Shown here piece by piece: positions 1 through 9,305 of a stretch of DNA of 52,818 nucleotides; the stretch's first letter is position 1, and each line of letters opens with the position of its first letter. Source of the DNA: Candidatus Daviesbacteria bacterium (GTDB lineage: Bacteria > Patescibacteriota > Microgenomatia > Daviesbacterales > UBA10151); the NCBI GenBank assembly GCA_016183245.1, contig JACPEY010000033.1, positions 1-52,818 on the forward strand, given 5' to 3'. The translations under genes were made by a program, and so were the position numbers. The notes under the pieces were generated by a model. The model was not told the DNA's origin. It worked only from the letters and a program-made list of their open reading frames with translations, and searched no databases.

Positions 1-306
1 ATTATTTCCACTAAACCTGATCCTTTGGATGAAAATATTGTTTCCGGAGCAGAAGCAATAGAAATAACTTTTAACAGGCCTTTAGAAAATGTGGGGGAAT
101 TTAAAAGCAGGATTGAACCGGAGATTGAATACAAAGTTGAATTATCAGGGGATAGGAAAACTGCCAAAATTATCCCGGCCAAACCATATCCTTTAGGCAC
201 AGGATTTACTTTATTTATCGGGCCTGAATCTAAATTTGACGGAGTAGGCAGATGGGGAGAAGAGAAAATTTTCCATTTTAGGACGATTAAATATACCGGG
301 GTGTAA
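1..306 (+). CDS. Partial (5'-truncated) Ig-like/Big_5-type domain protein
   Basis: Frame open from base 1 (IISTKPDP...IEITFNRPL...IIPAKPYPLGTGFTLFI), a beta-rich pattern typical of bacterial Ig-like domains. Confidence 0.55.
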   Translation: MISTKPDPLDENIVSGAEAIEITFNRPLENVGEFKSRIEPEIEYKVELSGDRKTAKIIPAKPYPLGTGFTLFIGPESKFDGVGRWGEEKIFHFRTIKYTGV

Positions 307-312
307 ACACTT

Positions 313-1413
313 TTAGCTTAGTCTCACCGGCATTACAATATACTCCAACCCTTCTATTCCCATTGGTTTTATTAAGGAAGCAGACAGGGAGCCGGAGAAT
401 TCCATCATTATTTGAGTAGCAGGAGAATTTGAAACAGCATCCAGCAAAAACTTGGTATTAAAAGCAATTTTTAACTCCTCGCCCTCAATTTCACCTTCAA
501 TCTCATTTTCCTGACTGCCTACCTCTTTGGTATGAGACTCCAGCTTTAAAATGCCTTTTTTGGTAGTTAAAACAACAATATTAGCTTCATTTTTGGCAAA
601 AATTGCTGCCAGCTTAATCGCTTTTAAAAGTTCATCTTTTTCCACCATAGCCCGGGAGACAATCTTTTGCGGAATGATCTTACCCCAGGCTGGAAACTGT
701 CCTTCAATTAATCTGGAGGAAACCACTGTATTTCCTAAAGTAAATACAATCTGGTTTTGATTCTCCGAAGTTGCAATATTAACTTCATCCACCTCTTCTT
801 CAGAAATCAGCCTTAATACCTCTTCAAAAGTCCTTCTGGGAATTAAACTCCTGAATTGAGCTTGGTCCTTCGGAACATCAAGACGGCGGTGGGCTAATCT
901 AAAACCATCTGTGGCCACAAAATCGAGCTTCCCGTCAGAGACCTCTGTCAGGATCCCGGTCAAAACCGGCCGGCCTTCATCAACTGCTGAAGCAAACAAT
1001 ATTTGGGAAGAAGTTAAGAATGCTTCTTTTGGAAAATTAATGCCCGGACCTGCCGATAAAGGGATTACCGGAAACTCTGAAGCAGATATTCCATTAATAG
1101 ATGCTTTTAATTTACCTGATTCTATATTTAAAACATCACCTTCTGCTACCAACCTTAGATTGTTCTGTCCTAAACCGGATACCAACTCAACCAGAGTTTT
1201 GGCAGGTACAGTAATTTCTCCCGGCGACTCTACTTCTACATTAATATGCTTAATAACTCCTACTTCCAAATTGGTAGCAGCAATTTTCAGTCTCTTTCCC
1301 TCCACCAAAAACAATACATTATCTAAAACCGGCAGGGTTGAACGGACACCTACTGACCTGGCTACAGCTTGTAAAGAAGGCAGTAAATCTTGTTGTAAAA
1401 CAGTAAATTTCAT
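313..1413 (-). CDS. dnaN: DNA polymerase III beta sliding clamp
   Basis: MKFTVLQQDL start, ATDGFRLA, SRLIEGQFP and YIVMPVR motifs; 366 aa; downstream of dnaA. Confidence 0.98.
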   Translation of the reverse strand: MKFTVLQQDLLPSLQAVARSVGVRSTLPVLDNVLFLVEGKRLKIAATNLEVGVIKHINVEVESPGEITVPAKTLVELVSGLGQNNLRLVAEGDVLNIESGKLKASINGISASEFPVIPLSAGPGINFPKEAFLTSSQILFASAVDEGRPVLTGILTEVSDGKLDFVATDGFRLAHRRLDVPKDQAQFRSLIPRRTFEEVLRLISEEEVDEVNIATSENQNQIVFTLGNTVVSSRLIEGQFPAWGKIIPQKIVSRAMVEKDELLKAIKLAAIFAKNEANIVVLTTKKGILKLESHTKEVGSQENEIEGEIEGEELKIAFNTKFLLDAVSNSPATQIMMEFSGSLSASLIKPMGIEGLEYIVMPVRLS

Positions 1414-1471
1414 AAAAGCTATTCGTGTTTCGCCGTTAGCTATTAGCCAAAATCCAATAGCTAAAAGCTAT

Positions 1472-1927
1472 CTATTTCCTTTCCCTGGTAGACACAAATC
1501 TTTGAATTTCATCCTCAGTTACCTTAATTAATCTAAAATTAACCCGGCCTGCAGCTATAAGGTTTTTAATGTGTTTTTCCTCTTCTGTCAAGACATGAAA
1601 TTGTCCTGATTTAACTTCAATAAAATCAATCCGCTCGTTATTTTTAATGCCGATAAAATCAATCGGCCATCCTAAAGGAATAATCCTGTCATAATCATAA
1701 CGAAGTTCGGCATACGTTAAAAGCTCAGCCATCTTACCTTTTTGCGGATTTATAGAACCTTGAATAGTTTGCAAAACTCTTGCCGGCAGATCCTGTACGC
1801 CTTTATAAAGATCAATTAAATCTGTAGGTATATCTGTTTTTCCCCTACCATGCAGTCTGCCAATTAAATAAGTAACTAATAAAAACAAAACCAGTATGCC
1901 TATAAGGGTCCAATTAAAGTTATCCAC
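1472..1927 (-). CDS. Membrane-anchored PD-(D/E)XK endonuclease related to archaeal Holliday junction resolvase (Endonuc_Holl-like)
   Basis: N-terminal TM helix; KGKMAE...LGWPIDFIG...FIEVKSG...LTEEEKHIK motifs. Confidence 0.75.
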   Translation of the reverse strand: MDNFNWTLIGILVLFLLVTYLIGRLHGRGKTDIPTDLIDLYKGVQDLPARVLQTIQGSINPQKGKMAELLTYAELRYDYDRIIPLGWPIDFIGIKNNERIDFIEVKSGQFHVLTEEEKHIKNLIAAGRVNFRLIKVTEDEIQRFVSTRERK

Positions 1928-1950
1928 GATTTTTTCGATTATACTACACT

Positions 1951-2099
1951 CTTTATTAAATAGTAGTAATTGTTAGTATAGTTTGTGGATATGTTGATAA
2001 ACTAAAATTTCTAAGTTGGATTTCGCCTAAGGTTCGTGTTGATTGGCTGTTTATTTCCAGTGGATAAGTTGTGGATAAATAGGAGTTTTCGGTGGAAAA
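1951..2099. promoter_or_regulatory. oriC: oriC: DnaA-box cluster with DnaA-trio-like unwinding element
   Basis: DnaA boxes at 1984-1992, 1992-2000, 2059-2067, 2070-2078 (perfect TGTGGATAA) and 2091-2099; the minus strand reads TTATCAACATATCCACA-aactata-CTAACAATTACTACTA-AT-rich, like the B. subtilis incC layout; lies between dnaA and dnaN. Confidence 0.85.
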
Positions 2100-2147
2100 C
2101 TTTTGGATTTTAGTGTCTCAAGACTAGAAGTCATCTCAAAACCCTAA

Positions 2148-2231
2148 TGTCATTCTGGGGACGAACGTAGTGAGGACTCCAGAATCTGTCTGATCCGTGG
2201 ATTCTGGACTCGATGACTCGCCAGAATGACA
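2148..2231. repeat. Palindromic miniature element (TGTCATTCTGG...CCAGAATGACA)
   Basis: Terminal inverted repeats plus an internal TCCAGAATC/GATTCTGGA stem; closely similar to the copy in valS at 16783-16891. Confidence 0.85.
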
Positions 2232-2246
2232 GTTTTGAAATAGGCT

Positions 2247-3572
2247 CTAAGAGCTCATTAGCTTTTGTTTGATTTCAATGAACATCCTTTGTACTTCCCT
2301 ATCCTGATTGACCAATTTTTTAATTTTATCCCTGCCGTGCATAACAGTTGTATGATCCCGTTTACCTAACAGTTGTCCTATTTTTTCCACAGTTAAATTT
2401 AATTGTTCACTTAAGATAAACATAGTAATATGCCGCGGCAAAACCAGTTCTTTTTGTCTTTTTGCTCCGGTTAAATCTTTCTGGTTTAGGTTAAAATATT
2501 CACAAACTGTTTCCAGAACTTTTTTGGGTTCAATCTTAATATTACTTTGCTGGATGGATTTAGTCTGAAGATGCTTGCCAATATTCTCCGGCGTAGGAGG
2601 CAGGTTTTGAACTTGCAGGAGTTGTAGTATTCCAACGAGTTGTCCTTCCAACTCCCTTATATTGGTTTCAAAAGAAGCAGCCAACATTTTTAAAGTTTCC
2701 TCCGGCAGGTTTGCTTTGTGCTCCAGGCATTTTGACCGCAAAATTGCAACCCTGGTATCAAAATCAGGTTGTTGGATATCAATCATCAAACCTCCGACAA
2801 ATCTGGACTTTAACCGGTCTTCCAGTTTGGGGATTTCGTGCGGAGATCTGTCTGAGGTTAAAACTATCTGGCTGTTTTTACCAATAAGCTCATTAAAAGT
2901 ATGAAAAAACTCTTCCTGGGTTCCTTCGCGGCCGGAAAAAAATTGAATATCATCAACCAGCAGTACATCTGCCAGGCGGTATTTGGCCCGCAAATCTCCC
3001 ATTTTGCGGGTTTGGATGGCTGCAACATAGTCATTCATGAATTTTTCTGAAGGAGAGTAGATAATTTTGGCATGAGGTTTTTTATCCAAAATAGCATTGC
3101 CGATGCCGAGCATCAGATGTGTTTTTCCGACACCTGTACCGCCATAGATAAATAAAGGGTTGTAAGATGTGCCGGGGTTTTGGACAATTGCCTGGGCTGC
3201 CGCATAAGCTACATTATTAGAGGGACCAACTACATAGTTTGATAAAGAATATTTGGGGTTTAAGACAGAAACTGCAGCTTGAATAGGCTGGAAAAAATCC
3301 TCTTCTTTTTCCTCTGTCTGTTTTTCTGCTTCTTTAACAATAAATTCAACCGCTACACTTTTTCCCAAAAGATTGGCAAAGCCGGTTTCTATAATAGGCA
3401 GGTATTTTTGGCTCAAAGTTTCTTTAACGAAAGCATGAGGGGTGGAAAGTACTATTTTGTCATCTGAGCAGCTTTTTAAAGAAGCTTTTAGAAACCAGGC
3501 CTTGTAATTGACAGGGCCTACTTGGGATTTGATGGTTTCTAAAAATTTGTGCCAAAGGCGTAAATTGTCCAT
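2247..3572 (-). CDS. dnaA: Chromosomal replication initiator DnaA (start moved to ATG 3572)
   Basis: YNPLFIYGGTGVGKTHL, LLVDDIQF, QEEFFHTFN and RDHTTVMHG motifs. Confidence 0.98.
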   Translation of the reverse strand: MDNLRLWHKFLETIKSQVGPVNYKAWFLKASLKSCSDDKIVLSTPHAFVKETLSQKYLPIIETGFANLLGKSVAVEFIVKEAEKQTEEKEEDFFQPIQAAVSVLNPKYSLSNYVVGPSNNVAYAAAQAIVQNPGTSYNPLFIYGGTGVGKTHLMLGIGNAILDKKPHAKIIYSPSEKFMNDYVAAIQTRKMGDLRAKYRLADVLLVDDIQFFSGREGTQEEFFHTFNELIGKNSQIVLTSDRSPHEIPKLEDRLKSRFVGGLMIDIQQPDFDTRVAILRSKCLEHKANLPEETLKMLAASFETNIRELEGQLVGILQLLQVQNLPPTPENIGKHLQTKSIQQSNIKIEPKKVLETVCEYFNLNQKDLTGAKRQKELVLPRHITMFILSEQLNLTVEKIGQLLGKRDHTTVMHGRDKIKKLVNQDREVQRMFIEIKQKLMSS

Positions 3573-3601
3573 TGTGGATAAGTCAAAATCAGTTATCCAC
3601 A
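3573..3601. promoter_or_regulatory. Two perfect inverted DnaA boxes abutting the dnaA start (autoregulation or second origin subregion)
   Basis: TGTGGATAA at 3573-3581 and TTATCCACA at 3593-3601. Confidence 0.85.
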
Positions 3602-3703
3602 ATTTAATTCACATTATCCCCTCTTTCAATATGGAGAAACTATAAATAAGTAGATCAAGTTTGTGTTGATTATAAAGATTATAACAGTTATAATGTTTAT
3701 ATT

Positions 3704-3841
3704 ATGCCAAAAAGAACATATCAACCCAAAAAGTTAAAAAGAATTAAAAAGCATGGCTATCGGGCCAGGGCTGCAACTTCCGGCGGACAGAAGGTTTTAA
3801 AAAGAAGAAGGGCAACAGGTAGGGCTCGCCTCGCAATTTGA
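3704..3841 (+). CDS. rpmH: 50S ribosomal protein L34 (missing from ORF track)
   Basis: Translated by hand: [45 protein letters not shown]; canonical position. Confidence 0.97.
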   Translation: MPKRTYQPKKLKRIKKHGYRARAATSGGQKVLKRRRATGRARLAI

Positions 3842-4179
3842 TGCTTTCCAAAGATAAACGCCTTAATTTAAAAACAGACTTTAAATGGGCAGCTGGTGGC
3901 AAAAAACTGGAAACAAAGTATTTAAAACTTTTTGTTAAGGTAGGAGATAATGAGTTTCCAAGGGTAGGGATAGCTGTTTCTTCTAAAGTTTTTAAAAAGG
4001 CTACAGAGCGCAACAAAGCCAGAAGAGTTGTTTCTGCAGCATTTGAATCTCTTTACTCAAGTTTGCCGTCTACTATTAATATAGTGGCTCTTCCCAAAGC
4101 AGGGGCAACTAATGTAAAATCAGGAGATATTCTTTTGGATCTGGAGGAAGGGTTAAAAGAAGCGCGAATAATACAATGA
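3841..4179 (+). CDS. rnpA: RNase P protein component
   Basis: RVGIAVSSKVFKKATERNKARR (RNR-like motif); synteny after rpmH. Confidence 0.95.
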   Translation: MLSKDKRLNLKTDFKWAAGGKKLETKYLKLFVKVGDNEFPRVGIAVSSKVFKKATERNKARRVVSAAFESLYSSLPSTINIVALPKAGATNVKSGDILLDLEEGLKEARIIQ

Positions 4180-4379
4180 TTATAAATTTTATGACTTTTA
4201 TAATAAATTTTTATCAAAAATATCTCTCTTTTGACAGGGGAGTTTTGGCAGTTTTTGCACCCGGCGGGGCTTGCAGGTATGAAGTAAGTTGCTCGGAATA
4301 TACTAAGCAAAAAATCAGGGAAGTTGGGGCAATGAGGGGAATTTGGTTAGGTTTGATAAGAATCTGGAGGTGCAGGTGA
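4176..4379 (+). CDS. yidD: Membrane protein insertion efficiency factor YidD
   Basis: FYQKYLS...CRYEVSCSEY...RIWRC motif; synteny. Confidence 0.92.
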   Translation: MIINFMTFIINFYQKYLSFDRGVLAVFAPGGACRYEVSCSEYTKQKIREVGAMRGIWLGLIRIWRCR

Positions 4380-5254
4380 GCGGTATCGGCGATATATTTA
4401 ATTTAATTTTTTTCGGCCCGGTTATTAATCTGTTGGTGTTAATTTTCCAGGGATTGCAAGCGCTGCATATACCGGGAGCATTAGGTTTTGCCATATTGTT
4501 TTTGACAATTTTGATAAGGATTTTGGTCTGGCCGTTTATGGCTTCACAAATTAAAGCCACTAAAAAAATGGCGGATCTTAAGCCCCACCTGGATGCTTTG
4601 AAGAAAAAGCACAAAGGTGATAAGCAGGCTTTTGCTGCTGCACAGATGGCTCTTTATAAAGAGCACGGTGTAAATCCGGCCGGAGGCTGTTTGCCTGCCC
4701 TTATTCAAATTCCCGTTTTTATTGCTCTTTACCAGTCAATAATTCATATTTTGCCTGGAGGCAATATTAACCAGATAAATTCTTTGCTGTATTTTCCTCA
4801 GCTAAAGCTTCCATCCACCTTAGACCCGAATTTTTTCGGACTGAACTTAGGCATTAAACCATCGGAGTTTGGAAGCCAGGGATTCTTGTTGCTTTTAATT
4901 CCCCTTTTGACTGCAGGTTTAACCTTTGTGCAATCCAAGATGACTTTACCGAAACCGATTAAGCACTATCCGTCTGATTCCCCTAAAGAAGAGAAGGAGA
5001 AGGAGGGTTTGGAAGAAAGTATGGGACAGGTTCAGTCGCAGATGGTTTATCTGATGCCTATTATGATTGGTTATTTTGCTTTCTCTTTTCCGGTGGGGCT
5101 TGCAATTTATTGGAATACGTATACAATACTCGGGATAATCCAACAGCACCGGGTTTCCGGCTGGGGAGGATTGACTGACCTTACGGTCAGAATTAAAAAT
5201 TTAAAATTTAAAATTTCTAAAAAACAAAAAGACTATGGAAAATCAGTTGAGTGA
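4376..5254 (+). CDS. yidC: Membrane protein insertase YidC (likely GTG start 4376)
   Basis: LTILIRILVWP, LYKEHGVNPAGGCLPALIQIPVF and GLAIYW motifs; GGAGG upstream of the GTG. Confidence 0.95.
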   Translation: MSGIGDIFNLIFFGPVINLLVLIFQGLQALHIPGALGFAILFLTILIRILVWPFMASQIKATKKMADLKPHLDALKKKHKGDKQAFAAAQMALYKEHGVNPAGGCLPALIQIPVFIALYQSIIHILPGGNINQINSLLYFPQLKLPSTLDPNFFGLNLGIKPSEFGSQGFLLLLIPLLTAGLTFVQSKMTLPKPIKHYPSDSPKEEKEKEGLEESMGQVQSQMVYLMPIMIGYFAFSFPVGLAIYWNTYTILGIIQQHRVSGWGGLTDLTVRIKNLKFKISKKQKDYGKSVE

Positions 5255-5724
5255 AATACTAGATAACTTGCTCGGCATGCTGCTTTTAGAGGGTAGTTAT
5301 GAGATAGAGGAAAATGATGAAAACTTTCTGGTTTCTATTGAAACAAAAGATGCCGGCAGGTTAATCGGAGCCAGAGGTGATTCTTTGGATGCTTTGCAGC
5401 TTCTCGTTAATCAGATGGTTGCTTATAGATGTTGAAGGATGGAGAAAGCAAAAAGAAGAAGAGCTTAAAAAAAGTGCAGAGAGTTGGGGTAAGCAGGTTT
5501 TAGAAAGCGGTAAAGAAATAGCGCTTGAACCACAATCCCCCTGGCAAAGAAGAATTGTGCATATGGTGATTTCAGAAATGGAAGGCGTGGAAAGTGAAAG
5601 CGCAGGAGAAGGAAGAGACAGGCATATTATTATCAAGATCAAAAATCATCCTTCGGCTTCGCTCAGGACAAGAAAATCAAAGGTTGAAACTGAAGAACCA
5701 GATGCTGAAAATAAAGAAGGCTGA
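5235..5724 (+). pseudogene. jag: Jag/EloR (KH + R3H) RNA-binding protein, frameshifted near 5423
   Basis: KH motif GRLIGARGDSLDALQ in one frame; IDVEGWRKQKEE and the R3H motif RRIVHM in another; the usual linker appears deleted. Confidence 0.8.
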
Positions 5725-6919
5725 AGACACTCTCCTTTTTTTAACCCTACTCTTTTTGCCCACTCAACTAGGTAAACATTTTTGGCCTTCGTTCTCTTAT
5801 ATATATTCTTTAAAAATTGACTATCTGTCCCCTGTCATTTATTTTTGGGACATTCTGGCAGCAGGACTTCTGGCAGTTTGGTTTCTGCAAAAACCAAAGA
5901 TTAATAAACTTGCGCTTAACCTTTTGTTGGTGTTTTTGTTTACCCAGGCTTTGTCTTTAATTGGTGCCGGAAATATTGGAGCAGGGCTGGTAAGACTTGA
6001 GCAATATATACTGGCTGGTTTTTTTGGAGTATATCTTTCCTCCCTGGACTTTAAAAGTCTGGCGCAAAAAATTTTCCTGCCGCTTGCTTTAGGTATTTTA
6101 GGGCAAGCTCTTATAGCAATCCTGCAGTTTTTAAAGGGTTCAACTATTGGTTTTTGGTTTTTGGGCGAAAGGACTTTTAGTATTACAACACCCGGGATTG
6201 CCAAATTTGACTTTTATGGCAACCAGTTTTTAAGGCCTTATGCAACTTTTCCTCTCCCAAATGTTCTGGCAGGATATTTAGTAGTTATGGTTTATGGTTT
6301 ATGGTTTATGGTTTATAGGCAGAAACGTCTTTTAAAAGCAGTTTCAATATTAGCAGCAGTGATAATTTTTCTGACTATGTCAAGGGTGGCAATTTTGGCT
6401 GGAATGGTGGCGGTTCTGGTAATGCTGCGGCGTCAATCAATAAAGATTATAATTCTTATAACTATTATAACAATTATACTTTCCCCTATTCTTTTTATCC
6501 GATTTTCTGCTATTTTTAACTTTGACAGTTTAACACTAACAAGGCGGGAGGAGCTGATAGGAAGCGCATGGCAGATTTTTTTAAAAAAGCCTTTTTTTGG
6601 AGTGGGTTTAAATAACTTTATTCCGGTTTCAGCCGGAGATTTATTAACAGGTCCCAGCCGTTTTCTGCAGCCGGTCCATAATATTTTATTACTGGAACTG
6701 GCTGAGACAGGAATAATTGGCTTGATGGGATTATTGGGTCTCATCGGATACCCGGTATTAAAAAGATCAAAATTCAAAATTCAAAATTCAAAATTATTGT
6801 GGGTTATAATTCTTTTTCTGGGGATGTTTGATCACTATTTTTTAACTTTGCCTCAGGGTTACCGGCTGCTGTTTTTAATCTGGGGATTATCTTTTAGTTC
6901 TTCTGCAAAAACTGCTTAA
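5702..6919 (+). CDS. O-antigen ligase/Wzy_C family membrane protein
   Basis: Many TM helices; RPYATFP.PN, TMSR, PFFGVGLNNF and PVHNILLLELAETG motifs. Confidence 0.85.
   Translation: MLKIKKAEDTLLFLTLLFLPTQLGKHFWPSFSYIYSLKIDYLSPVIYFWDILAAGLLAVWFLQKPKINKLALNLLLVFLFTQALSLIGAGNIGAGLVRLEQYILAGFFGVYLSSLDFKSLAQKIFLPLALGILGQALIAILQFLKGSTIGFWFLGERTFSITTPGIAKFDFYGNQFLRPYATFPLPNVLAGYLVVMVYGLWFMVYRQKRLLKAVSILAAVIIFLTMSRVAILAGMVAVLVMLRRQSIKIIILITIITIILSPILFIRFSAIFNFDSLTLTRREELIGSAWQIFLKKPFFGVGLNNFIPVSAGDLLTGPSRFLQPVHNILLLELAETGIIGLMGLLGLIGYPVLKRSKFKIQNSKLLWVIILFLGMFDHYFLTLPQGYRLLFLIWGLSFSSSAKTA
6285..6319 (+). repeat. Heptamer tandem repeat (TTATGGT)x4 plus 1 degenerate copy, inside CDS
   Basis: Read directly; encodes MVYGLWFMVY. 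Confidence 0.9.
6767..6794 (+). repeat. Heptamer tandem repeat (TCAAAAT)x4, inside CDS
   Basis: Read directly; encodes SKFKIQNSK. Confidence 0.9.
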
Positions 6920-7433
6920 GTTTTTTAACAGCCAGTCCTCTCATGCTGATGGAATTTTTTTCTTTTAGGGTCATTTGGGCAAAGGTTTTATTGTAGCCTT
7001 CCGGCATAAAAATATCATTCCATCCAAAACTCTTATCTCCTTTTGGCGAGACGATTTCTCCTTTGATTTCTCCGCTGAAAAAATGGATATTATTTTTATC
7101 TTTTGCATAACCGATGATTGTTTTGGCCAAAGCCTTGCTATTATCCAATTTATTTGTCAGTTTATATAAACCAAAACTTCCAAGTTTTTGCAAAAACCAC
7201 TTTATTAAAGGCCCGGGTAAACCGTTTAAACAATCCAGATAAAGTGATGTATCCTCAACAATAAATTCTCCGCTATGATGCAAAAAAGCCTCTTTTAATT
7301 TTTCCGCTATAATTTTTTCAGCATCAGTTTCCTGCAGTTCGGGTAGTGCAATATTAAGCTGTTTTAACTCCGGCATTAAATCCTGCATTTCTTTAAACTT
7401 ATGTTTGCTGCCGGTAATAAAGTATAAAGCCAT
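6894..7433 (-). CDS. Non-canonical purine NTP pyrophosphatase (Ham1/ITPase family)
   Basis: FITGSKHKFKE, VEDTSLY..LNGLPGPLIKWF, FGW and KNSISMR motifs. Confidence 0.92.
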   Translation of the reverse strand: MALYFITGSKHKFKEMQDLMPELKQLNIALPELQETDAEKIIAEKLKEAFLHHSGEFIVEDTSLYLDCLNGLPGPLIKWFLQKLGSFGLYKLTNKLDNSKALAKTIIGYAKDKNNIHFFSGEIKGEIVSPKGDKSFGWNDIFMPEGYNKTFAQMTLKEKNSISMRGLAVKKLKQFLQKN

Positions 7434-7476
7434 ATCAGGAGTATATCATCTATGAAGCATATAATTTGTTTATTAT

Positions 7477-9227
7477 CTAAGGATCTTTTGTAAACAGTTC
7501 CTCATAATCAATTCTCTCTCCTGCAATCACTTTTTTTTGTAATTCAGTAGCCGAATAAGCTAGTTGCTCGCAACGGGCATCTAATAGTTTTTTGATCGGT
7601 CTGGCTATTTCATCGTAATTTTTAGGGCAGAAGCTATTTTTACCGTGTCTGCTAATAGGTTTATAGGATGTAGAGAGTCTATAGAAAACGTCAGGGAAAT
7701 CAAGTGATTCATTTAGAGCTTCCGAGAGGATTTTGCTCTTTTTTTCCGGATCAAGATTGGGGTTATTTGCAACCCCGTTTTGAAATGCCGCCAGTATTCT
7801 AGGTATTCTTTGTTCAACTACCTCTCTTAGCATATCAACTATATTTTGCAAAGGAACTGTAACGCCTTCCATGGCTTTTAAAGCTAGAGAATCTGCGTAT
7901 TCTAATTCTGCTAATCCGTTTAAGCAGGTGCTAAATGATTCTCTGGCATATTGTTGCGCAGAATAGTATTCGCCGTAGGTAATCCGAGAAGCAAAAAGTA
8001 TGAAATCTTTCCAGAATCTTACGGTTCGCCTTTTTACATTCAGATAATTTTCTCCTTGGTAATCTTTTTTCCACCGCTTTACATCGCTTATTATAGGAGA
8101 CCCTTTTTTTAAAAAAGCATTAATTAGATATGCTTGAGCGGGAGTTAAAAAAGTTATGATATTTTCAATCTCTTCCGGGGTTTTTCCGGCTACAACTAAT
8201 GCTCTGTGTCTTTCTCCTAAATACCTCATCTGATATTTTGATCTTTCAAGTTCTTCAAAAATCACTTGCTCCCAGATTGTTTTTGTAGTTCCAGAACCAG
8301 AAAGCGCTCTTCGGTATGACTCGATATCTTCCTCTAGCGCTGATTTATAACATCCTTCTTTACCAAAGTATATTTCATGATTGATACTTCTTATGTAAAG
8401 CCAAGATTGAGAATCTTGTCTGCTGGTAATATATTCTTCTGTGATTGCCTGAAGTTCGTCAAGATATGTGCCAACCAAATAAGTCAGACCGCCTTTAATA
8501 AGCCTTCTAAAGCCATGTATATCCCCCGCATTTAGAAGTGTTTCGATTGCCAAAGTTGATTGATCCTGCAGTCTTTGTTTATTTGCTAGCCAATCTTCTA
8601 CTGAAGCTGGTTCTTTGCAGAGGTACTGAGGATGAAAGTAGCTATATTTCTGATGTCTTCTTTCATGAGAAACGCTCTGAGGAATATTATGACGAAAATC
8701 AGGATCATCATTTACCAAAAAGTATGGAGCCTTAGCTCCTTCTATAGAAATAAGATACCTTTCAGAAGAAGATCCGATTACGTTAGTCCTATTATGGGGA
8801 TCCTTCCTAAGTTCGTAGAAAGGATCTTTTCTTACTAATATCGCAAGAGAGGTTGGGTGTATCGATATTTCCATGATATCTTCTATACTGCATCCAAGTG
8901 AAGTTGCCACAATTTCATCCAATTTATCCGGATCTTTTTTTGAATCTTTGATGCTTTTTGTAAAGCTTTTCTATGTTCAACCAGAAAAGGTAAAGCTGTG
9001 GTTAAAACGGTTGATTGCCTTGCAGACAAAGGATAATTTAATTCCTGCAAGAACCGGTCTACATTGTTTCTATCTAACCGGTGGCTGTTTTCAAATAATT
9101 TTCTAAGTTCAGCAACAACTTCGGGTCCACGAAGAATTCCTCCGAATCTGTAATTTGTCGTATCCGCGCTTTCGCCAGGTTTAGGTCCAACTCTAAAAAA
9201 TCCAGACTTTTTTTCTCCCTCAGACAT
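7477..9227 (-). CDS. Hypothetical HExxH protein split into two overlapping ORFs (9227-8883 and 8922-7477), joinable by a -1 frameshift
   Basis: A7G run at 8941-8934; HERRH motif in the downstream ORF. Confidence 0.55.
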
Positions 9228-9305
9228 ATTAAGTGATTCCTATCAGTGATAGTGGCAGATTATATACGCATTGTGCTTAGGATTCAACTTGGATAGAATG
9301 GATAG

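Noticed and set aside
9239..9252. Vector contamination suggested by the tetO-like sequence
   Set aside because: Only a 14-bp core matches, and the flanks are native promoter sequence continuous with both neighbouring genes
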